From Eledone cirrhosa (taxonomy: Eukaryota): DNA of 64,000 nt. Of the stretch, positions 16,211-30,345 are shown piece by piece. Location of the stretch: assembly GCA_964016885.1 (NCBI GenBank), contig OZ024741.1, positions 251,472,001 to 251,536,000 of the forward strand. Direction: 5' to 3'. Position 1 is the stretch's first letter. Each line of letters starts with the position of its first letter. The notes under the pieces are model-generated. The model worked only from the letters and a program-made list of their open reading frames with translations. It did no database searches and was not told the DNA's origin. The position numbers were made by a program, and so were the translations under genes.

Positions 16211-17692
16211 GTATGTGTTTAAATGTATGCGTATATATGTGTGTATGTGCCTGTGTGTCTCTGTGCATGTGTGTGTCTGTGTGTCTGTGCATGTGTGTGT
16301 ATGTGTGTCTGTGTGTCTGTGCATGTGTGTGTATGTGTGTCTGTGTGTCTGTGCATGTGTGTGTATGTGTGTCTGTGTGTCTGTGCATGTGTGTGTATGT
16401 GTGTCTGTGTGTGTTTAAAGCATGTTTCAGATATTCTCAGCTTTAAAATCTGTGTAATGTGTTATGCATGTATATATATGCATAAGTGTGCGTATATGTA
16501 TACATGTGGATATATGTGTATGTGTAGGTATATGCATGCATATGAGTGAGTATATGTATATGAGTATCTATATGTATATGTGGACAGAAGCAGGTTTAAC
16601 TGCACTGACACACACACACACACACACAATCTCTCTCTCTCTCTCTCCCTCTCTCTTTATATATGTATATATATATATGCATACACACACATATATATAT
16701 ATACACACACACATACATATATATACACACATATATATACCTATATACACACACACACACATATATATACATACACACACATATATATATATATATACAC
16801 ACACACACATATATATACACACACACATATATATATATACACACACACACATATATATATACACATATATATACACATATATATATATATATATACACAC
16901 ATATATATATATATATATACACACATATATATACTTATATACACACACACACATAGATATACATACACACACATATATATATATACACACATATATATAT
17001 ATACACACACACACACATAGATATACACACACACACATATATATATATACACACACATATATATATATACACGCACACATATATATATATATACACACAC
17101 ACATATATATATACACACACATATATATATACACACACACACATATATATATATAATAATCATACACACACTTTACCTCTCTCTAAACAGTGTGTGTGTG
17201 TGTATGTATTAGTGTGTGTGTATGTGCAGAAAGAATTGTATGCATGTGTAATAAATTGTGACATTTCAAATTGATCCTTGTGTGTGTGTGTGTGTATATG
17301 CTTATGTAACTGCATGTATGTGTCTATGCAGCAAACTGTACCTTTATGTATATGTATAGCCATATACACATTTATGTGTACCTCATTTTATTCCTCAGTG
17401 TATATGTATATATATATATATGTGTGTGTGTGTGCGAGTGTGTGTGTATGTGTGTGTATGTATGTGTGTGTGTGTGTATGTATGTGTGTGTATGTGTGTG
17501 TGTGTGTATATGTGTGTGTGTCTGAGGGAAGCATTTTACTATTGTTTGTAAGCATATTAATGAAGGCATGTATATATGTGTATATGATTGTGTATGTGTA
17601 TATGGATTGAAGCATTTGCTATTACCATGGCTACAGTGTGTAAATATGTGTTTGTATATATATATATATGTATATGTTTATGATTGTGTGTG

Positions 17693-17735
<43 letters not shown>

Positions 17736-17756
17736 TTATATTTGTGCATGTGTATA

Positions 17757-17793
<37 letters not shown>

Positions 17794-17838
17794 TTATATT
17801 TGTGCATGTGTATATATATATATTTATATATATGTGAA

Positions 17839-17892
<54 letters not shown>

Positions 17893-18013
17893 TACATGCA
17901 TATATGTGTGTGTGAGTGTGTGCCTGTTGATATAAGCAGGTCTGACTGCTTTCTTAGTTCATACACATTCTTGTGTATACATGTATCTATAAACACACAC
18001 CACACACGCACAC

Positions 18014-18044
<31 letters not shown>

Positions 18045-18275
18045 ATACACACATGTTTATACTTACAAACACATACATATAACTATATGTGAGAGTATAT
18101 ATATATATATATATGTGTGTGTGTGGATGTTTATATATATATGTATATATTAATATTAATGTTTGTATGTGTATGCCATCAATTCCATGTAGTCATTGAT
18201 TTCTAATATTTACATGGAAAGAGTTTATCTGACACTCCAACTCCATCTTGGACTTTCTTCACCTCTCTCCATTAC

Positions 18276-18315
<40 letters not shown>

Positions 18316-18325
18316 TATATATATG

Positions 18326-18395
<70 letters not shown>

Positions 18396-18482
18396 ATATA
18401 TATATATATATATAATATATATATATACATATATATAAATGTGCATATATATATTTATATATATATATATTTATTAAAAAAA

Positions 18483-18513
<31 letters not shown>

Positions 18514-18518
18514 ATATA

Positions 18519-19070
18519 TCATCATCATCATCATCATATTACGTTCGCTTTTTCCCTGCTTGCAAGGGTGGGATGAGAACTGAATCTGGCTTGATTTCTA
18601 CAGCTGGATGCCCTTCCTAATACCAACCTCATTTACAGTGAGTGCTGGGTGCTTCTTTTACCGTGGCACCTACATGTACACTTTACAGTATGGGCTGGGT
18701 GCTTTTTTTGCTGTGGCACCTACAGGTCCACTTTACAGTGAGTGCTGGGTGCTTTTTTGCTGTGGCACCTCCATGATCACTTTGCAGTGGAATGATATAG
18801 ACCCCAGTCCCTATCATCTTATTTCTACAGCTGAGTAAACTGGAGCAATGTGAAATAAAGTGTCTTGCTCAAGGAAACAACACATCTCCTGGTGTCCTTG
18901 AGTAAGACACTTTATTTCACATTGCTCCAGTTTACTCAGCTGTAGAAATGAGATGATAGGGACTGGGGTCCATATCATTCCACTGTAAAGTGGTCGTGGA
19001 GGTGCCACAGCAAAAAAACACCCAGCACTCACTGTAAAGTGGTTGTGTAGGCGCCACGGAAAAAGAGCAC

Positions 19071-19072
<2 letters not shown>
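18519..19072. mobile_element. Two headless SINE family B copies in head-to-head inversion (18519-18888 minus; 18891-19072 plus)
   Basis: CORE-like segment and body are mirrored around ~18885. Both copies lack the tRNA head. Confidence 0.85.
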
Positions 19073-19120
<48 letters not shown>

Positions 19121-19451
19121 TATATATATAAAGTATATATATATATAAAGTATATATATATATATAAAATATATACACTCATATATATATATATATATAT
19201 ATATATGTGAGTATATGTATGTGTATGTGAGTATGTGTATGGAGAGAGGACTGAGAGAGAAAGAACCAGAGAAAGACAGACAGACAGACCCACAGATGGA
19301 CAGAGATAAAAGAGGAGACAGTGAGTGAGAAAAAGATTGAGAGATAAATATGTTTAGCTTTCATAATTTACACTTCATAATCTATTTATCTATATATCTG
19401 TTTATCTCTCTTTCTCTTTCTCTGTCTGTCTGTCTATCTATATGTGTGTAT

Positions 19452-20712
19452 TGTTAGCGTCCGTCACTTACTACCGCCTGACTGTCGTGCCTTGCCCTAA
19501 GGAAACACTCACCACCATGGAACGCATGCTCTTCCAATTTCTTTGGAAGAAGCGCCCTCCTATGGTGAGAAGATCCATCTGCTGCCAACAACCTTCGAAA
19601 GGAGGGCTGGGGATGCCGTGGTTGATGATGCGTAGGCACGCATTAAGGCTACGGCACCTACAGGTATTCCTCACTGGTCAACCGGTGTGGGCTTCGTTCG
19701 TGAAACGAGCCTTTCCGAGACTTGTCTCGCTCACCGAGCTACAGTCCTGGGTCAAGCAAAGATCCGGAAAACTGGGAGACTGGCACACTGAGTGTGCTCA
19801 GGCGCTCAGGGCTCTCTGGCAAGCGGGCCGGGCCATCGGTGGAGAATCCACCTCATCATTCTATAGAGGGCTGGTGGCTAGCAGGGGCGATGACACCCTT
19901 GGAGAGTCGCTGGACATGGAAGAAGACGAACTGGCCAGCCTGTTCGGTAGGACTTTCGGCCCAGGACCAATGGACAACTTCCAGAAGTCACTGGCCTGGC
20001 AGTGCTACCGGGGGGCTCTACCCGTTCGAGAGAGGCTCTACAGACACGGGTGCCCGGGCAGGGATCCCTCAAAAAAGATTTGCCCTAGATGCGTGCGTCA
20101 CGAAGAAACCGTTGCGCACGCATTGGTGCAATGTCCGGGCGTGGCTGATCTGTGGGGCTACGCCGAACGACTGCTGTCGCGGGTGGCGCCGATTAAATTG
20201 ACCGCCGAGTCCGTGATGACAATCAAACCGCCTCCCCTCTTCACAAAGGAAGCAAAGGCGGTTTTTCTGTGCGTAATAGCCATGTTGAAAGAGGTTGTTT
20301 GGTGGACACGATTGAAAGGTCTGAGGTCAGGCAACTTCCTCTCTGGCCATAGTCTGGTCTACTTCTTCCAATATCACTTCGGAAGAAGGATAAGAATGGA
20401 GAGAGAGGTGCTTGGCCACAGGCAGTTTTATGAAAGGTGGGTGATAATGGCGAGAATGGCTCGTGTAAATGGGCCTTCTCTGTATACCATCCTGTAGGTA
20501 AAGAAGTAAAGGAGAGGGGAGCACCTTCTCCATGTGCTCCCCGGGCAAAGGATTGCACACTTTTTCGGGGGTGTGTGCAACCCCCATCACGTCCCCTCCC
20601 TTTTGAGGTTATTTCCGATTGTTTTCATGTTACACCCTTTTTACTTGATTATATGTAAACTCCCCCTTTGTATTTGTCCCTTCTTTTTATGCCTTTATGG
20701 TAAATAAAGAAA
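19452..20712 (+). mobile_element. 5'-truncated Tx1/L1-like LINE (ORF2 C-terminus with zinc knuckle, plus 3' UTR)
   Basis: Open frame to 20497 with GGLG motif and CPRC...EETVAHALVQC (zf-RVT type). AATAAA end. 19-bp TSD TCTATCTATATGTGTGTAT at 19433-19451 and 20713-20731. Confidence 0.9.
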
Positions 20713-20752
20713 TCTATCTATATGTGTGTATGTTTGTAAATATATATATATC

Positions 20753-21140
20753 ATTTCATCATTTCATTTTACGTCCACTTTTTCCCTGCTTGCAAGGGTG
20801 GGACGGGAACTGATTCTGGCCTGATTTCTACAGCTGGATGCCCTTCCTAACACCAACCTCATTTACAGTGAGTGGTGGGTGCTTTTTTTCCGTGGCGCCT
20901 ACTGGTCCACTTTACAGTGTGGGCTCGGTGCTTTTTTTGCCGTGGCACCTCCACGACCACTTTGCAGTGGAATGATAGGGACCCCAGTTCCTATCATCTC
21001 ATTTCTACAGCTGAGTAAACTGGAGCAATGTGAAATAAAGTGTCTTGCTCAAGGAAACAACACATCACCCGGTCTGAGAATTGAACTCACAACCTTTCGA
21101 TTGCAAGGCCAATGCTCTAACCACTAAGCCATGTGCCTCC
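20753..21140 (-). mobile_element. Full-length SINE family B (tRNA head, CORE-like domain, RTE-derived tail)
   Basis: Reverse complement of 59491-59848, with two internal ~40-nt units. Confidence 0.9.
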
Positions 21141-21181
21141 AACATATATATAGCACCAACATATATATATATATATATATA

Positions 21182-21347
21182 TGTTGGTGCTAGGAAGGGC
21201 ATCCAGCTGTAAAAAAAAACCTGCCAGAGACACTTCCGTGCGAGCGAGACGCGGTCTCCCGACCACTCCCGCAGCAAATGGAACAAAACCGTCTCACCCA
21301 TGCTAGCCTGGAAGATGAACGTTAGACGATGATGATGATGATGATGA
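21182..21347 (+). mobile_element. SINE family B-related 3' fragment
   Basis: GGAAGGGCATCCAGCTGT...CCCATGCTAG...(GAT)n. Confidence 0.7.
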
Positions 21348-21563
21348 TATATATATACATACATACTTACATTTAAGTATCAGCCGTACTAAGAGTGAGA
21401 AATGAAATTTCGTTTCATTCTTTTCCATATATATATATATATATTTATATATTATTCCCATACATATTTATACATATGCATATACATATATATATATATA
21501 TTCACACATATATTTTTACATATATATACATATATATATATATTCACATACATATTTATACAT

Positions 21564-21597
<34 letters not shown>

Positions 21598-22014
21598 ATA
21601 TGTATTTCTATTCACATACATATTTATACATATATATATATATATATACATACATATATATATATATATATGGGTCAGACCATGCCATTGACACATAACT
21701 CCTAACATAGTTGTAGGGGAACGTTTGTCGGAGTGCCATTGCTGTGGCACTGTTTTAGGCATTTTAAAATCTGATGAAGCCCGTCCTTTTCTATGTCTGC
21801 TCATAGACATTTTCTTCCAAAGAGAAAGAAAGAAGTAAGAAAGAAGTATAGAGGAAGAACGGTCTCCAGTATTAGACTGGTATTTAGTTTATTAACCTCG
21901 AACGGCTGTACAGCAAAATTGATGTTGGCAGAAATTTGGATTCATAGCACAGAATGTTGGAATGAATAGCAGAAAGAATTCTATGTGTTGTTCTAACAAC
22001 TCTGCCATTTCACT

Positions 22015-22345
22015 TCTTTACATGTGTAATATTAGTGTGCATGAATGACACGGCATGGATGAACTGAGAGAAAAACTAGGTATAAGAGGAATCAGATGAA
22101 ATATGCCAGAGAGAAGACTGTGCTGGTAATGGACATGTGATGCATATGAATAGATGAACACAAGGTGGAGAAGTGCCAGGTGATGCCAGTGGAAGGAATG
22201 TGTAGTAGAGGAAGACAAAAAAAAACATGGGCAGAGGTGGTTAGAGTTGATCTCAAAACACTGACCCCACAGAGAATATGATGAAGGAGTGCTACAAGAG
22301 GAGAGAGGTTCTGCTCCAAAGGACCCATCCAACCCATGCAAAACA
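22015..22345 (+). mobile_element. Degenerate RTE LINE 3' fragment
   Basis: Disrupted ELREKLGIRGI...GHVM...KCQVMPVEG...RGR..KTWAEVV. Confidence 0.75.
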
Positions 22346-22348
22346 CAA

Positions 22349-22914
22349 CCCTTTAGCATTTACATTACTCTATATATAAATTTGTATTTTCACAGTAAAG
22401 GCTTTATCTCACATAATTATCTCACATATTATGGAGGCACATGGCTTAGTGGTTAGAGCATTGGCCTTGCAATCGAAAGGTTGTGAGTTCAATTCTCAGA
22501 CTGGGTGATGTGTTGTTTCCTTGAGCAAGACACTTTATTTCACATTGCTCCAGTTTACTCAGCTGTAGAAATGAGATGATAGGGACTGGGGTCCATATCA
22601 TTCCACTGCAAAGTGGTCGTGGAGGTGCCTCGGAAAAAAAGCACCCAGCCCTCACTGTAAATGAGGTTGGTGTTAGGAAGGGCATCCAGCTGTTGAAATC
22701 AAGCCAGAATCAGTTCCCATCCCACCCTTGCAAGCAGGGAAAAGCGGACGTAAAATGATGATGATGATGATGATGATTATCGAATCTATGAGATTTTGAT
22801 ATTTATTTTGAGAACAATATCTTAACATCGGTATGAGTGGCCAGTTATGACTGGTTTGAACAGAAAGAGGTGAGAAAATTCTGGCCAGATATGGCCGGTT
22901 TAAATGCTAAAGGG
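22349..22914. mobile_element. piggyBac-type MITE interrupted by a SINE B
   Basis: TIR CCCTTTAGCATTTA/TAAATGCTAAAGGG, TTAA on the right side. Body matches 24202-24408 in reverse. Confidence 0.85.
22433..22778 (+). mobile_element. Full-length SINE family B
   Basis: A box TGGCTTAGTGG, B box GAGTTCAATTC, CCTTGAGCAAGACACTT, tail GCAAGCAGGGAAAAGCGGACGTAAAA(TGA)n. Confidence 0.92.
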
Positions 22915-23411
22915 TTAAACCCAATAATTAATACCACAGTTTTAATTGCTTAGTTCCTGTCCAAAATCATGCTACCATCTAAAAACTGGATAGCTGTTTT
23001 ATACATTCACTAAATAAGACCATGTATAATAATATAATAATTTTTCAACTACTAGCACGACTTTTGGCTCCCCCTGTAAAATATGCTAGTTGAAAGCTTT
23101 TATAACTACACAATCATCCCTGCTCCAATTCCTGCTCAATAGTGATTGTCAATGAGACAACTAACCCATTTGAAAGCTTACAGTTGTCAAATAATTTTCA
23201 AAATAATCAAGAATTTGGAAGGATTTTGTAATATAACTAGCTTGAGCTTATTCATTTTAAAGTTAATGTTTGATACAAAACTTAATAAAGATTCTTAAAT
23301 GAAATTATGATTGAAGGGTTTTAGATAATTACTAACAATTCAAAATGATAACTCTATATCACAGAACTAGGAGCAGTTTCAGGTGGTCTCGTATCAAAAG
23401 GGTTAGATTCA

Positions 23412-23770
23412 AAAGAAGTAGGTATCTCACCATTTGATCCATACAAACCAACACAAAAGAAGTAGGTAGTTCGCAATTTGATCCATACAAACCAACATGA
23501 TAGAAATTGGTAGCTCACAATTTGATCCATACAAACCAACATGATAGAAGTCGGTAGCTCACAATTTGATCCACCCAATCTAACACCATAGAAGTAGGTA
23601 GCTCACAATTTAATCCACCCAATCTAACACCATAGAAGTAGGTAGCTCACAATTTAATCCATACAACCTAACACAAAAGAAGTAGGTAGCTCACAGTTTG
23701 ATCCACATGATCCAACACAAGGGAAGTAGGTAGCTCAGAATTTGATCCAAATGATTCAACACAAAAGAGA
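23412..23770. repeat. ~38-40 bp minisatellite (AGAAGTAGGTAGCTCACAATTTGATCCATACAAACCAACAC), about 9 copies
   Basis: Direct reading. Confidence 0.9.
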
Positions 23771-23772
23771 TA

Positions 23773-23984
23773 CCGTACATACTCGAATATAAGCCAATAT
23801 AAATATAAGCCGACCACACTATTTTATGTCTGGGAAATGGGCAAAATTTGAAAACTTATTTACATAGAATTTGAAGTTTGTGAAAATTGTCAAAACATTG
23901 ACCCTGAATATAAGCCAGCTCCCACCATCTATCATTGATTTTTTTTAGTCACATATTCCTTGGCTTATATTTGAGTATATATGG
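23773..23984. mobile_element. pogo/Tc2-like MITE
   Basis: TA TSD. TIR CCGTACATACTCGAATATAAGCC / GGCTTATATTTGAGTATATATGG. Inserted in the last minisatellite unit. Confidence 0.8.
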
Positions 23985-24201
23985 TAGGTAGCTTATTATT
24001 TGGTTCCTAGAATTCAACATTTTATTTTAAAAGTGTCCTCACATGCTGACCCCACTGTCTCCTACCATACTGTGCCCTCACTGCTCCAGAGAAATTTTTG
24101 TCCCCCAAACACAGTTCATTTAGTTCTATTCTCACCAGAGTTCACATCAAATCTCTCTTACAAACTTTTAACCATCCTTCAACTTCCATATCCTCTCTTA
24201 A

Positions 24202-24408
24202 CCCTTTAGCATTTAAACTGGCCAAATCCGACCAGAATTATTTCACCTCTTTCTGTTCAAACTGGCCATAACTGGTCATTTATACTAATGTTAAGGTATT
24301 GTTCTCAGCATAAATAATATCAAATCTCATAGATTCTATATTATGTGAGATAAAGCCTTTACCACAAAAATACAATAGTAAATATAGAGTAATGTAAATG
24401 CTAAAGGG
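24202..24408. mobile_element. piggyBac-type MITE
   Basis: TTAA TSD (24198-201, 24409-12) and perfect 14-bp TIR CCCTTTAGCATTTA. Confidence 0.9.
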
Positions 24409-25736
24409 TTAAGGAATCAAATTATCAGGGTCATCAGAACATTGGATTTATGGTATTTATTTTGGCTTTCTGTATTCCATATTCAACTCTTATCAGGGTC
24501 AATTTTGCCTTTCATTACTTTGTGTTCAATAAAGTGCTAGTCTAATACTCAGTTTGATTTCTCTCTCCCTACTCCTCTCTCTCTCTCATTCCCTCTCTTC
24601 TTTCTCTCTCTCTGGAAGAAGTCAGCCCTCAGACTTGGAGAAGGATAGGCTCCACCACATATCTGTTCCCAAATCACATTGTATCAGTTTCCCTATGACT
24701 CCAACAAGAGTTGTGAGCCCAGAGAAGGATATGCTCTCTTATGATTTTATAGGGGCTTGAATGGAGCTAGAAGCTGTAGGATTTCTCGAAATTATCAAAG
24801 CAACAATTTTCAAGACACTCACAGAAATATTTTTATATTTTTAATACTTATTAGAAGGGCTGAACCCTCATCAGATTCACTTCAGATAGAACAGAAAAGG
24901 TTGAAAATCTTCACAATGACATTTAGAAAGATGTCAACAATAACAACATTAAAATCAATATGTCCTTATATTTTCAGATCAATGCTTCCCAGCCTTTTCA
25001 CTACCAAAGACCCCTTTTATTTAAATGAATTTTCCCACACCCCTCCCACTCCCTCTGCTACAATTACTCCCTTCTCTGTTTGTTACACGGTAGGAATAGC
25101 AATCATATATACAGACACACACCCAAATATTAAATCAACAGACGTTGACTTAGTATCAGTAATATAATGGGAGCTTAATCTGTTGACTGCCACATATATT
25201 TTACACTGCTACAGTTGGTGTGCTGTTTTCTTTTTGTTTTTTTGTTTTTCAGTAAAATGACTATTTTTTTAAACAAACATTTATTAACAACACATATCAG
25301 AATGATTAACAAACATCACATCAATAAACTAGTAACCCCATCTAGCTTTGAAGTTATGAACTGTTGGAAAAGAGTTCAAACATGTTAGGATGAGTTATCT
25401 CGTCTGTGGACTGGAATGCATACATGTTAGGATGAGTTATCTTATCTGTGGCACTGAAGAGGTTAAATAGCATGCTCCATTCATTCCCTAGTAAAAAGAA
25501 TTTTACATTCTGTTTCATCATAAAGAAAAAAAAAACAATATTGATCTCTTACATTGGCTCAAGATCAGAAAATTTGAGGAGAAACAGGTAAATTTTATTT
25601 AATTGGTTCCAGTCGCCAAGTTTAGCACCACCACCAGCACCACCTGGCTCTCATGCAGAGTCTACTCTGGTGCAAGTATTCAGACCAGGACTTTAGTGGG
25701 AGGATGACATCCTCCTTTCTTCCCATCAGTCTAGAA

Positions 25737-25898
25737 CAGTGGTTCCCAAAGTGGCTTCCACAAAGTGTCTGGGGTTCATGAAAAAAGTAGAGGAGTATAT
25801 CTATATTATGACCATATAACAGTATTGGGCTTTGGGGTTCCCCTGAAAGTTTCTGAACCAAAAACGGTTCCATTTTTGAAAACGTTTGGGAAACCCAA
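25737..25898. mobile_element. hAT (Charlie-like) MITE, degenerate
   Basis: CAGTGGTTCCCAAA...TTTGGGAAACCC, with 8-bp TSD-like GTCTAGAA/ATCTAGAA. Confidence 0.6.
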
Positions 25899-26659
25899 AT
25901 CTAGAAGGCCCAGAAAAATGGTCGTAGGTATTGTCCATTCTTCTAGCAGTCTTAGAGACCGCTAAAAATAATTATGGAGGCTGTCCTTCCTCCTATCTGT
26001 CTCAAAGACTCTGAAAAGAGTCATAAGCACTTCACTTTCTCTCATGTATCTCAGAAGGCCTGTAAAAGGTGCCATGATGCTTTCCTTCCACTCATCAATC
26101 CCAGAGACGCTGTAATGGCTCATGGACTTTGCTCTTTTCTCCCGACTATATCCATTAAAAAAAGCAAAAATTACTTTACCAATACTTATTCTATTGACCT
26201 CTGTATAGATAAAAGAATAAGTTGACCCCTAGAGGGATTTAAACTTACAGCATAAAATACCAGGACCTTAAAGTATTTCCTATTCTACAACCCTTGAACC
26301 AAACCCCTGTTGATATCTTATTTGGGTAGCATATTGTGTTGTTTTTTAGCCCCAGATCATTCCTGTAGAGTAGCCCTGACCACTCCATATTTTTCAGACA
26401 CTGTGTATCTGAGAATACATCATCCAATATGTTCGGTTTGCAAAGACAGTGGGTGGTTTGTAGATTTGACTGTTATTTTTAGGAAGGTTCTGTGACAATG
26501 TACACTTTAGTTTCTTAGTCAAAAGGCTACTTATGTATGCAAAAAAATGTAAATGATCCCAAAGAAATGAAGGGATTTAAAGGGATTACTGCTCTGCATA
26601 AATTTAACAATTTGTGCAAAATGATAACCCCTAGCAAAAACTCTCAGTAAAAGTGTGAG

Positions 26660-27010
26660 GCTTTCTGATTAGTGTGTTGGGCTTACATAAGTTTCAACCC
26701 TTGACTGTGCAGTACATTGGGTCCTTGAGCAAGACATTTTATTTCATGTTGCTCCAGTTCATTCAGCTGCTAAAAATGAGTTTACAACAGTAGTGTCAAG
26801 TTGTGTTGGCCTAATTCTTTCTCTTTGACAACATTAGTAGTGATGAGAGGGGGACTAGCATGCTTGGGAAACTGCAGGGCTTCCACAAAACATCTTGCCC
26901 AGGTTCATGCCTTGGAGAGGAACTTTCCATGTGCAAACCTATGGAGAGTCATAACCAAGGGTAGCCTCATGGCTAGACCTTTAGTTTGTCACTGGTTAAA
27001 CATTTAGAAA
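26660..27010 (+). mobile_element. Old CORE-like SINE (family D)
   Basis: CCTTGAGCAAGACATTTTATTTCATGTTGCTCCAG. Tail is similar to the reverse of 50305-50625. Confidence 0.55.
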
Positions 27011-27884
27011 TTATTTCCTGAAAAAGCTATGTGCACTGAAGCAATAATCTGAAGCAGATATCTGCCATAAAAATCTGTGATGAGTGATTATATCCTCCAG
27101 GATAAACCCTAGCCTATCTCATGTAACACACTAAAAACAATTACATTATAAAAGATTCACTTTAGCAATTCAAAAACAGACGAAAACTCTTAATTCCACT
27201 ATAAATTAATTATATATATATATTTGGTGTATATTAAATACTTCTATAAAATATTGTTTGCAGCCATTTCACATGCTAGGAATAACTACTTCATTTTCTT
27301 TAAATCACACCTCACTATCTTAAAAAGAAGACTCATATTTTTTTACCATTGAACCATGAAACTTAGCATGGATTATAAGTTTATTTTATTTATATTTAGT
27401 GTTTCATTAAGAAAGGAAGGGCAGCCCCAAAGACTCCATATTTTTCTAGAGTTCCTGAGGTTGCTGGGAGGAAGAGAAGAAGTTATCTTCAAACTGGAGA
27501 TTTGGTTCAAATGCTGGCAATATAATGAGTTCCAATGAAGGTACCAAAGAGCCAGGTGGTGGTGTTAAACCATATGATAAATTAAGTCTCTCATACAAGA
27601 ACTCAGAATGCTAAGAACTTAAACAAGTATGACAAGGTTTCCTATCCAATGTTGTAACAATTCAGTCAAACCACTGCCCTTGACTTCACTGATACTAAAT
27701 TTGATCAAACCCCAAAAGAATGAAAGACAACGTTGACAACATCAAGAGTTATATAGTTCCTGTACACACAACACAACTCCTGTACAGTTTCCTACTACTA
27801 AATTCTACTCACAAAGTATTGATCAACTTGAAGCTATGCTAGAAGATACTTGGTCACAATATGAGCTTATTAACCACACAGCTA

Positions 27885-28250
27885 TGCCTGGATGCAGGCT
27901 CAGTATAGACAAATGGTTAAGGAGTTTGCTTTGCAATTATTATGTCCTGAGTTTGATCCCTTTACGTGGCATCTTAGGTAAGTCTCATTTACCATATATA
28001 TCCTTAGGTCAACCCAAGCCTTGTCAGTGACATTCAGGAGATGGAAACTATGGAAGGCTGCTGGTTGTACTGTACCAGTAATTCAATCGGCCAGGCTTGT
28101 CATACATTTTGTTATGTTGAATCTCCGTCAGAATTATGTTAAGAATATATGAGTCAGTGACGTCTTCAGCTACTTAATTTCACAAGCAGGCTGTTCCATT
28201 GATCAAACATCTTTAACAATCATTGCCAAAATCAACAGAAGTCCATTCCA
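27885..28250 (+). mobile_element. Old tRNA-derived SINE with family C-like tail
   Basis: tRNA-like head (GAGTTTGATCCC) and CAAGCAGGCTGTTCC tail motif. Confidence 0.5.
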
Positions 28251-29030
28251 TTCCTGCATCCATATTGAACAATATATGCCAAGAAGGCAGTGAATTGACA
28301 GATTCATTAGAATATCTGATAGAATGCTTTGTGATATTCATTCTGGCTCTATGCACTCTCTAAGTTCAAATCATACTTTTGAGGTTAATAAAAATAAAAA
28401 AAAATACCAGTCCAGTACTGGGGCTGATTCTTCCTCAATATCTCCTTTTCACTTTCTCTCTATCACACTGTTTCTCTGTTTCTCCTTCTCTGGAAGAAAT
28501 TGACTGTGGTTAGACCTGGAGAGGAAATGGTCTCCACCACGTTTTTAAAATGCCCAAGAAATGCCATATGTCATGACGGCATCCCTAAGAATCCATCAAG
28601 AATTACAGGTCCGTACATACATACAAAAATTGGGAACACTTTTCATAACAATACTAAACAATAATAGCTAGTTGTAACTGAAGCAATGTAACATAACCTA
28701 TATTGTGTTTAATCCTGAGATACTGTGATGAGAGATAAATCATCACCTGGAGAAGGCATAAATTATTTCAGAGATTAAAATACTCCATGCTGATCTGGTT
28801 TTTATCTATATTGACAGCGAAGTGAACTGAAATGATGTGACCAATACAGAGGTAATGTGATGAGTAAATCTTCCCTTAGACAGACCAGCAGGTAAAATCT
28901 TATCTACATCATCAGTGTGCATATATGACATGAATTTACATATTATGCTGATGATGGAATTATGTGACAATCATACCTTGCAGAGGAAGGGGTTGATGAA
29001 AGCTAAGGTAAGAACAGGTGGGTAAGTTAG

Positions 29031-29063
<33 letters not shown>

Positions 29064-29490
29064 TTTACGTCCGCTTTTCTCTACTTGCAAGGGTGGGATG
29101 GGTCCTATTCAGCACAACATCTCTCCACTTGTCAAGGTCCTTCGTCATCTCCTCCGTGAGCTTCAGCGATCTGAGGTCTGCTCTCACCACCTCCGCCCAT
29201 ATTTTTTGTGGTCTTCCTCTACTACGTCTTCCTTCAACTGGTATTTCTTGGCACTTCTTCACCCATCGGTCATCCTCCCTGCACATCACATGTCCATACC
29301 ATCGCAGTCTCCTCTCCCGCACACTACAATTTATCCCTCTCAGACAGTTTCTCTCTCAACACATCCATGCACATTGACATTGCACATCCAACTGAGCATG
29401 CTTGCCTCATTTCTCTCCAGCCATCGCATATCCTCTGCAGTTGCAGCCCATTTCTCACTACCATGCAGCATCGCGCACCTCACACAGCCA
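29031..29490 (-). mobile_element. RTE LINE 3' fragment (subfamily 1)
   Basis: ERRLRWYGHVM...EGRRSRGRP..IWAEVV and (CAT)n tail. Confidence 0.92.
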
Positions 29491-29849
29491 TCATGCTTCT
29501 TTGAATTTCAGGGAGCTTTCTACTCTCAATGCTTGTACTGTTATTCTGCTCTATCATTTGTAAGTATATTATCTACACTACTTGTACCTATATATATCTA
29601 TAACCCATACATATATTATATATATATCACATATATACACCACATATATACACCACATATACACCATATATACACCACATGTATATACCACATATATACC
29701 ACATATACACCACATATACACCACATATTCTACTCTATCATTTGTAAGTATATCATCTACTACTTGTACCTATATATACCTATAACCCATACATATATTA
29801 TATGTATTTAACAAAATATTTGATTACCAAAATATTTCATGAGCTGTTT

Positions 29850-30345
29850 GAAATGGGGTCTACATTTGATATCTGGCCTGCACCTATTACCAGATATAAA
29901 GGACTATTTTTATATCCACCCTGAATCTATTACCTGATTTAGGGGCTTACATCTCTTTTAGTGTCTGACATAGGTCTATTACCAGATTTACGGGCCAGCA
30001 TCTGAGATCTGACCTGGGCCTATTACCAGATTTTACATCTATCCGGGGTCTCTTAAGAGATTTAGGGGCTTACATTTCACATCCTGCCTGGGCGTCTTCC
30101 CAGATTTATGGTCCTACATTTCAGATCTAACCTGGGTGTATTACCATATTGAGGGGGGGGGGGGACTTCATATTATATCTGGTCTGGGCCTATTGCCAGA
30201 TTTAGAAGTCTACATTTCATTTCACATCTCACCTGGGTCTATAACTAGACTTAGAACCCTACATTTTATATCTGGCCTCCACCTCATACCAGATTTAAGG
30301 TCCTCATTTTATAACCTGGCCTGGGACTCTTACCAGGGTTTTATA
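29850..30345. repeat. Degenerate ~40 bp minisatellite (TACATTT.ATATCTGGCCTGGGCCTATTACCAGATTTAGGG)
   Basis: About 11 diverged units with recurring TATTACCAGATTT. Confidence 0.75.

Noticed and set aside
23163-23403. Second piggyBac-like MITE family
   Set aside because: Right end TCAAAAGGG-TTAG is suggestive, but the left TIR and both TTAA sites are degenerate.
24850-24880. Minus-strand CTGATGA-GGG-TTCAG-CCC hammerhead-like start
   Set aside because: No GAAA or stem III follows.
24757-25167. 136-aa ORF with a TTTTCAG acceptor-like site at ~24978
   Set aside because: No recognisable domain, so it cannot be supported as an exon from sequence alone.
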